In this document: positions 55,168 to 64,000 of the stretch, piece after piece
Numbering within the stretch: position 1 is the stretch's first letter
How the letters are laid out: every line of letters starts with the position of its first letter
NCBI RefSeq assembly: GCF_006345805.1
Contig: NC_043016.1
Span: 5,456,001-5,520,000, forward strand
Source: Octopus sinensis
Lineage: Eukaryota
DNA: 64,000 nucleotides
Direction: 5' to 3'
Notes under the pieces: model-generated
What the model saw: the letters and a program-made list of their open reading frames with translations, nothing else
What the model was told of the DNA's origin: nothing
Database searches by the model: none
Translations under genes and position numbers: made by a program

Positions 55168-57417
55168 CAGTAGTTTTATTGTTATAGCGTGCTTTCACTT
55201 CACTACCGAGCGCAGCTTTGTGTGACTTGGGTATGTGTTGCGATTTGTTGTGATGCTCTGTTGGTTCCTCCATTTCTTTTAGAAACACGTTGTCATCTGC
55301 TGGTATTGACACATCAATTAGAAAGCATTTTTTCTTCGTGATCTCTGACAACTATATCTGGCCTATTGGCCTTAATTTCTCTGTGTATTGGCATATCCCA
55401 TGGTTGCTGGCCAGAGATAACATGATTTATTGTTTCTTGTCCATCTCCACCTATTCTGCAGTTACTTGTTATGTTTTTGGTAATTTCTGAGTCCTGAGCT
55501 TCTCAACCATTGCTGGAATTTTTCTCTGTCTATTTCTTTTGCATTTAGTTTAGTCCAGCATTTCCCATGAAGGGGCTATTTTTGCCATCGTTTTATCATG
55601 GTCCGTTGCTGTTCTAGTTTTAGTTTGGATTTCATTTGTTTTATAGCTTTTGTTGTTTCATCTTCTTTTTTGTTTGCATTAAATTTGGAGAACAGATTTT
55701 TGTGTTTTGCTCGTGTTTTGCCGCTATTTGTATCAGTTTTCCTTGCTTCTGAAGTAGGTATTTTTGCAGTCCTATGGTGGTTATTTTATAGTAGTTTTCC
55801 AGCTGTATAAGGCCTCTACTACCTTCAATACTTTATATATATAGTCTTTCTATGTCAGATTTTGGGTGGTGCATCCTAGATCCTGTCATTATTTTTCTTG
55901 TTTTCCTATCTATTTTGGTTAGTTCATTTAGTGTCCAGTTAAGAATATTGTAGCTGTAACTTATAAAAGGGACGGCTAAAGTATTAATACCTATTATCTG
56001 TTTTTAGTATTGATCTAACTTGTCTATAGTATTCTTTCTTTATTTTCTCTTTCATATGTGTGTGTTGTATCATATCTAGTTCATGGATTCTTAGATATTT
56101 GTATGTCTGGCTTTGGTCTAATTCTCTTATTTCATTGGTTTTATCTAGTGTGATGTTGCTACTCTTTCCTCTTTTCAGGGTTGGTTTGGCGCATTTTTCT
56201 AATCCAAATTTCATATCTATTTCTTTGGTAAATCCATGAACTGTCTTTAATAGTGTTTCCAGCTGTTTGTCATTTGTAGCGTATAGTTTTAGGCCATCTA
56301 TATATAAAAGGTGGCTGATTGTTTTGCCGTAGCATTTGTATCCGCATCCAGGTCTATTTAGCATATCAGATCGAGGTGTCAGTGCCAAGCAGAAGAGGAG
56401 TGGAGAGAGCGCGTCTCCCTGGAATATTCCTCTTCTAATGGGGATGGGTTTGGTTTTCACGAGTTCCTCTTTTGTTTGGAGCTGTAGTAATATGTCTGCC
56501 ATTTATTCATAGAGTGTCATGTATTTTATAATTGTTGGCGCTACCTTGTTAATGGCTATGAAACGTCTTTCGGTAGTCGATCCAAGCCATACTGAGGCCT
56601 TTCTTCTTTCTGTGGCTGAGGCTTTCTTCTTTCAGTTATGGCTTTATTGATCATTTGTTAATCTTTACAGCTATATGAGCCCTTGCAGCACCCTGCTCTT
56701 CTGGGAACAGGTTATTTTCGTCTAGGTGCTTGTTCAATCTTTGCAATATTACTGCAGTAAGGGCTTTGTACATTGTAGGGAGACAGGTTATAGGTCTGTA
56801 GTTTTGTGGTTTTGCCGTTTCATTGGATTTGAAAATTACGATGGTTTTCCCTTTCGTGAGCTATTCAGGCATTGTCTCTGGCTCTGCCTGTATGTCGTTA
56901 AATCTATTTCTGTGATGTTGTCCTTGCACAGTATTTTTGTTTTCTTCTTGTTGACTGTCTTCTAATTTCGTGAAGAATCGACAGATCTTTTCTCTTTTTT
57001 GTTTTTTGTTATTTTATGTTATTTATCCACAGGGTTTGTTTGGGTGGTGGTACTCCTGCTTGGATGGGTTTGAGGAAGTATCCAGCTTCTTTTGTGGTTG
57101 CAGTGGATGCTGCATATACTATGCCATTTAGCTCAGTGATATTACCATTTGTTTCTGTGATTATTAGTTCCGTGACGGCCAAGTTTATGCTATTTGTTAT
57201 TGATGTTGTTTTTTTTGTCTAATTATATTTTTGGGAGGTATGGGCGGTGGTCCATTCTGAGATCTGTGGTTTACAGCTCTTTGATTATTCTCATTTTTAT
57301 AGTATCATATTCATTAGGCTCCCTTCGTTGTTTCCAGATTTTAGATTTGTTTCGTTTTCCTTCTCATTCATGTGTTTGTCTGTTGTGTTTTGTACATATT
57401 ATTCATCGCTACGGTGT
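55168..57417 (-). mobile_element. R4/Dong-like family A (diverged copy with internal deletions)
   Basis: The 3' UTR nearly matches 17830-17924; ORF 55984..56502 RGIFQGDALSPLLF...HLLYIDGLKLY. Confidence 0.9.
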
Positions 57418-57502
57418 CATCATCATCATCATCATCATCATTATTATTATTATTATTATTATATTATTATTATTATTATTATTATATTATTATTATTATT
57501 AC

Positions 57503-57592
<90 letters not shown>

Positions 57593-57617
57593 TGTTGTTA
57601 TTATTATTATTATTATT

Positions 57618-57960
57618 CAGTAGTCATATCTTTACAACGTACTTTCACTGCAGTACCGTGGGCAGCTCTGTGTGCCTTAGCTATATGCTGTAGTTTGATG
57701 TGATGCTCTTATGGTTTCTGTATTGAAAGTGTTTTACGTAGAACGTGTGCGGTGCCTAGTAGTGCTATTTTCTGTATGCTATATATATTTGTAAGTCCTG
57801 GTGTATTTATGTCTATTTCCTCTATCCATGTGTTCAGCTCTTTAGGGATAGTTCCCAATGCAACTATAACTACTAATTTTACCCGTATTTTCATAGTGTT
57901 TCTATTTCAATAGCTAGGTCTTGGTACTTCACTATTTTTCGATACTTCTCATATTAATGT
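57618..57960 (-). mobile_element. R4/Dong-like family A-related 3' fragment
   Basis: IQKIALLGTAHVLRKTLSIQ plus a 3' UTR (AAGGCACACAGAGCTGC...GACTACTG) similar to family A. Confidence 0.8.
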
Positions 57961-60700
57961 GCTCAACATTTGGAACTGTAAAGTCATTTATCTGGCACTT
58001 TCTAGTCTCTGTCACATCAGACCTTCTAGCTTCTATTACTCTGTCAGTTTGAATTTTAAAGTCCCACAGCGTTTTGTATTTCTTACTTTCTAGTATTTAC
58101 GAGGTTCATGTTCATAGCAATTATCAGTATTTTCAAGTCCTACCTTTCTACAGAGATTCCAGTGGCTTACTCTTCCTAGATTGTCATATCTTTTCTTGTA
58201 TTCACCCTTTACCAGCATGCTACATTCACTTTCCTATTTTGTGACACTTTCCTATTTTGTTTTGCATAATCTGCATTGGGAATCTACTTGGTTGTGTCTA
58301 TCTTGGCTTTTATACAAATTAGTCCTTAATGCTCGATATTATGCAGCTACTAACAAATTTTCTGTCTCACTCCTCAACTTTCCTTTCTGGAATCAGAACC
58401 ATGTCTCACTACTACTATTTTCTGCAGTCTTCTTTTTGGAATCTACCATGCAACGCATTCTCCTGCCAGTCAGATAATTTCTGTTATTTTTTCTGTTCTT
58501 TAAGTTCGTTTCGGTTTTTGATTTCTCTCTCTTGCTGTGACTATTTAGCTTTTAATAAACTTTCTACAGAGGAGTCTATATCTGCTCTATTACCTACACC
58601 AATCTGTCTTTTACTGATATTAAATCCACTTCCGCCTTCCTTTCTATGTAAATATAATCTTGCTACTCCTGCCCTTGGGTGGAGTCCTCCATCCCTGTTG
58701 ATTTCTTTCCTAGTTCTTCCGACTAACTTTGCTAATTCAGTTTTTGTCCAATCCACAAAAGTTTCTAAGTAATGATACTGTCCAAGTATTTACAGCCCTC
58801 ACTAGATTCAAGCCATTTAACTTTGAATTCATTAGCTTCCTCACCCTTCTGATGTATGTACTCCTCAATTTTCGTTTTCATTTCTGTAGTTAGTACCCTG
58901 TCAGAGATACTTATAACTCTCTCCTTCTTTCAAAGATTTTAATGTCTGGCCATTAGGTAATTTGAATGCCTTCGCTACCTGTCCCCTTCTCATGACTAAT
59001 ATTGAACACTTATCTATGTCAAATTCCACGCCTATATCTCAATGCTGAAGAGTTTTTGAGGCTGTATTAAGGAATATATCTCATTTTCATCCTTACTAAA
59101 AAGCTTCAGATCATCCATGTAGAGAAAATGGTTAATTTCCCCTTACTATTTCAGAACTGATACCCTACTTTGCCTTCTTTAATACTAAACTGAGTGGGGG
59201 CCAAGCATAAAACAAATATTAAAGGGGACAACGAGTCCTCTGGAAAATTCCTCTTTTGATATTAACTTTTCCTAAGAGTGTGTGACTTGAGTAGAGATCT
59301 ACTTTCCATTTCCTCGTGCTAAAGCTAATCAAATCTTTTATATTGTCCGCTATACTAAATAAACTTAAGCATTCACTCATTCATGAGTGTGGGATCATGT
59401 CATAGGCTTTCCTATAATCTATCCATGCTACTGTTAGATTTTTCTTTCTAGATTTTACTTAATTTAGAAGTGCTTTGTGTGTATATAATAGATCATGCCT
59501 TCTTTCTACAACTTTTTTGTTCTTCTGGCAGTAAATTCTCTCGTCAATAGTTTCCCCAATAATGGTAAAGCAAGTGATTGGTCTATAGTGGCTAGCTATA
59601 TTACCCTAGCTCTTATCTCTCATGATGAGTATTGCACTCCCCCTAGTAATCCAATCTGGTATTATTCCTCTATTAAGGCGATCCTGAAATTGTTCCTTCA
59701 GCCTCCCATATAAAGTACTAAATTTCTTGGGGCCCTTCCATATTGGGATATTTCCGAACACTTTACTCATTAATGCACGAATTAATCATAGAACTGACTG
59801 CTTCTTGCTCACTACTTATTCCCTCACTTTCTTTAACCATACTTCATCTCCATTATGATTGACTAGCTTATCCCCAAAATTTCTCCAGAACTTTCTAGCT
59901 TCGTCTGCATTAGCTTTTTCACCTTGAGTACTTCATTCTCTGCTATTTATTTGGTTATAAAACTTCCTCTGGTCTGTCTCAAATACTGATTTATTCTTTT
60001 CGGGAGAGCTTGCCAGCAGCTGCTATGATACGCTGTTTCAACCCTTCTATTACTACCCCAAATCCTTTCCTTTTGACTTAGTATCTTTTCTCGGGGGAAG
60101 ATTTGCATCTTGTGTTTCCTATCTTGTTCAGTTTCCTGGCTTCTATTCGATTCGGATCTTCTCTTAAAGTCTTCACTTTACTTTGTAGTCTCATTCCCTC
60201 TTTTTTATCTTTCCCTGTGAAATATCTAATTTTCTGGTGACTACTACACCTTCTGCATAGATCAAGAAAGTAGTATCTCCTATATTTTTTTAGTATTTAT
60301 ACTACATTCCTAGTCATATCCAGCAGCTTCCTACTGTTGGTGCCTTTTAATGCTGGTAATCATTTTTTACTTCTTTACTCATTACTTCCTGCAATTATTA
60401 TTTTTTCCTTTAGGTTCTTCTTTGGTTTGAGCTGTATCGTTGTTTATCTTTCCTACAGCCTGCTCTTTCTTTTCCAGTTCTCGTGATCCCTTCTACCTCC
60501 AATTCTCATATCCACGCTCCTCTCCAAATAGCATTAATTTTAGCTTGATCAAGTAATCTCTGCTCAGTCACTGTAATCCGTTTCCTATAGAACCTACTTT
60601 TAGGTTCATTATCTAAGTAGCACTGCATCACTGTCATGTTTTCTTTGCAGGTCTCCTTCCACTTCCTTGCTCTATCATTTGTTAGCTGTGATCAGTCTGC
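57960..60700 (-). mobile_element. Older, heavily decayed R4/Dong-like family H
   Basis: NHFLYMDDLKLL (about 59.1 kb), RGIFQ (about 59.25 kb), GGLHPRAGVARLYLHRKEGG (58541..58756), AWIDYRKAYD (about 59.4 kb). Boundaries are approximate. Confidence 0.75.
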
Positions 60701-61183
60701 ATCTTTACTGCATCTGGACCAGTGTCGAGCGAGAGGCCTTCTCTTAAAGATACAACCAGAGTTCCTTTGGAAACCCCTGTCTCTTATGAATTGAGGTAAG
60801 GTAATGTTTTCGGCATCTGAAAGTTTCAAGCAACTTTTTATTGCATCATTTGTTGCACCATTGTGTTGGTGGAATGGTGTGTGCAGTGTTTTGTGAGAGA
60901 GGTGGGGGTGGATATTGTATTGTATCAGTCTGTTTTGTTACGGAATTTGGTTTAAGTCTTCTGTTGCATATTGTGCGTTGTTTGTGCAACCCACTTTGTG
61001 TTCTGTTGGGTATCGGGCTGTGGGTTTTGTTCATATTATTGGGTATTTACAGTATAAGTTTATTCTTGTACATTTTTTGCATAGTAGTGAGTGTAACTCA
61101 TAAATTAACTATTTCATAGTTCTTTCTCTTTTGGTTGGTTTTGCTATGGGTTTGAATTTTAACCGTTGTCCTTCAAGAGAGTG

Positions 61184-61237
<54 letters not shown>

Positions 61238-62687
61238 TATAATATATTATATATATATATATATATAATATATATTATATATATATATATATTATATATA
61301 TATACATGTATATGTATGTGTGTATGTATGTATGGGTATAATATATATATATATATAATATATATGTGTGTTGTGTATGTATGTATATATATATGTGCGT
61401 ATATATGTATGTATATATATGTATATATATATATGTGTGTATATATATGTGTGTGTATATGTATATGTATATATGTATGTTAAGATTATACGTATATTTG
61501 TGAGTATGTGATTATATGATTGTATATGTCTATATGTGTGTATACAATCTTCAACAAGGTAACAGTCATGTATACAAATTGAAAGGAAACAAGACAGATT
61601 TTCAATTCATAGAAATAGGGGTGAAATAGATGTCAAAGTTCTAAATAAGAAATTGAGGTTGAGAGAAAGGGTAGTAATACAACAACAGAGTCCTTTTACC
61701 ACTATTTGGCAAACAGATTTTGCATTAAAAAACTAGGTTAATATCAAATGGTTACAGTGACCACTCACAGACAATACAGAGATTCTTTTATGCTTATATA
61801 CATCTTTATAATTAGTTGTTTTTAGGGACATAGAATTTATACTATTTATTATAAGAGAATATCAAAAACAAAAGGAGAATTTAATTCCAAGTTTTTTAGT
61901 AATCTATGTATGTTGACTTAAAAACCAGTATGGTATATTCATTCTTATTTGGTTATAAAGAATTAAAAATTTGAAAAATTTAGGAATATTCACAATATTA
62001 TTATTTAAAATATTTAAACGTACGGGTTGTGCGATGTATGCAAGATACTCCTAGCTCCGAAAGGTTATTGAACAGATTTGTATTACTCCTATGTTTTAAA
62101 ATTTTATGTTTCCATAGAACAAAGTTCACAATCAAGGCCGTGCTTTTCTTACTATATCCCATTTCAGGTTGAATTCTATATTATTCTTTTTCAGTTCCCA
62201 AATTTTACTAGACAACGTTGTCCAACCTGCTTTGTGTTTCAGCCTAAAGGAGGAAAAATGATTGTTTAAACGTTTCTTTAAATCTACCGAACAACTGAAA
62301 TAAAGATAGTTGTTAATTTGAAGTTATTATTGTACATTTATAAATCACATTTTGGACCAAACATTTATAAATCACATTTTGGACCAAATACCGGACATTT
62401 CGATCTCATCATACAATCCTGGGGGGATAATTCCTTGTACTAGTATTATTTATGGATAATTCGATTTTCATTTCTGTTATTTGAGTTGTTATTAGTATTT
62501 GTGTTATTTTCTCTAATTGTAGTTATATTGTTATTCAATATCCTCATTATCATCACCTACTACATTTTTATCTATACTACCTATATTATTGAAGTTATTA
62601 TTATCACTATTTATATTAATGTTTTTATTATTATTATTATTATTATCATCCTTATTATTATTACCATTATTATCATTATTATTATTA

Positions 62688-62740
<53 letters not shown>

Positions 62741-62741
<1 letters not shown>

Positions 62742-63684
62742 TATGTTTGACTTTTGCTTTATGTTTATACAAGTTGGCTCCAAGTCTCACCCAGAGACCT
62801 CAAGAGACAACAGGTTGGAAGTTCACGTTGTTGTTATGCCTGGTGTGCCATATATTTGGGGTTTTTGTGTTGTACTAGTGAATGTCTAATAAATAATTTT
62901 TTTTTTCAAATGTTTGTTTTAAACCTTGAGATTACATAGAAAGTATTTTGCGTAGGATATGAACAGTTCCCATGAGCACTTTCTTTTGAATTTCTGCCAT
63001 TTTGGGGTTTCCTGGTATCTGAGTTAGGTAGCAATCAGCCCCTTTCGCTATCATTCCCAGGGCACCTATGACAACATGTATTGTTTTAGTCTTCAGTTTC
63101 CACATTTTGCTGATTTCTATTTCAAGATCTTTATATTTGCTCAGTTTTTGGTAGGTCTTGACAGATACATTTATATCGATTGGGACAGTCATATCAATGA
63201 GGAGGCATGTTCTTTGTCTGAAGTCTTTCAATATGATGCCTGGCCTATTTGCATCTATCTTTCTGTCAGTTTGAATGGAGAAGTTCCAGAGGAGTGAGAT
63301 GTGGTCATTTTCAAGCACTGGAGGTGGATTGTGTTCCCACCAGTTTTATTCATGGGGCAAATCCAGGTTTTTGCAAATTACCCAGTGAATATATTGTGCA
63401 GCTCTATCATGCCTTTTGAGGTACTCTGTAGGCGCTAGAAGACTGCACTTGGAGACAACATGATCAATGGTTTCCTTTTGTTGTCGACATACACGACATG
63501 TTGGGCTACTGCCGTTCTTTAATATTTTGGCCTGGTAGTTTCTTGTTGGTAGGCATTGATCTTGAGCTGCGATGATAAATCCGTCTGTTTCAGATTTTAA
63601 GCCAGAGGCCATTAGCCATTGGTGGGTCAGGGCTTTGTCAATATCTGCATTATTCGCTCTCTTTGGGTATTTGCCATAGAGAGG

Positions 63685-63688
<4 letters not shown>
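62741..63688 (-). mobile_element. R4/Dong-like family D, short 3' fragment
   Basis: Nearly identical to 46815-47745 (compare ORFs 62932..63318 and 46983..47369); (ATT)n on both sides. Confidence 0.93.
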
Positions 63689-63744
<56 letters not shown>

Positions 63745-63889
63745 TGTTTTTATTTTTATTACTATTATTGCTGTTATTCTATCCCTAGCTAACTTAATAT
63801 TTTTACTATTAAGTCTAGCTATTTGGAAAAGTAGAATATGATATTCTTACTGATTTATTAGAAATTATTTTATAATATTAATGGGAAGC

Positions 63890-64000
63890 TGGGAAGGTTT
63901 TTTTCTAGTGGTGTGTTTACGTCCTTGTAACTTAGCGGTTCGGCAAAAGACCCCGATAGAATAAGTACTAGGCTTACAAAGAATAAGTCCTACTAAAGGC
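63890..64000 (+). mobile_element. Partial SINE family 1 (3' half), cut by the window end
   Basis: GGTGTGTTTACGTCC...TTAGCGGTTCGGCAAAAGA...GAATAAGTACTAGGCTTACAAAGAATAAGTCC. Confidence 0.8.

Noticed and set aside
62170-62390. Possible exon after TTTTTCAG, and a 27-bp tandem duplication at 62334-62387
   Set aside because: No recognisable protein motif or donor site; the duplication is a simple two-copy slippage.

Overview
AT-rich, microsatellite-dense animal genomic DNA. The repeat content resembles Octopus/cephalopod sequence, but that is my inference and no search was run. I find no convincing host protein-coding exon. Nearly all long ORFs are transposon remnants or microsatellite artefacts. 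Main contents: (1) a full-length but inactivated Tx1/L1-clade LINE (3697-9631, minus) flanked on both sides by (GATA)n; (2) a related 5'-truncated Tx1 (51683-55020, plus) inside an (ATT)n tract, with 3.7 telomeric TTAGGG units exactly at its 5' junction; (3) two clusters (14.1-20.4 kb and 43.2-63.7 kb) of R4/Dong-like RT + restriction-like-endonuclease retrotransposons from several families, mostly separated by (TAA)n tracts and all co-oriented with the TAA strand; (4) Penelope-like fragments with decayed hammerhead ribozymes; (5) fossil Chapaev3-like, Tc1, mariner, DD37D-like, CR1-like and Helitron-like elements and tRNA-derived SINEs; (6) one CpG-rich promoter-like island (about 26.0-26.5 kb) next to a foldback element; (7) a 100-N gap at 40031-40130. 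The most interesting theme is microsatellites acting as landing pads for several unrelated retrotransposon lineages, with unusual 5'-junction chemistry: telomeric repeats, polar (GAT)n tracts and iterative template-jump duplications.
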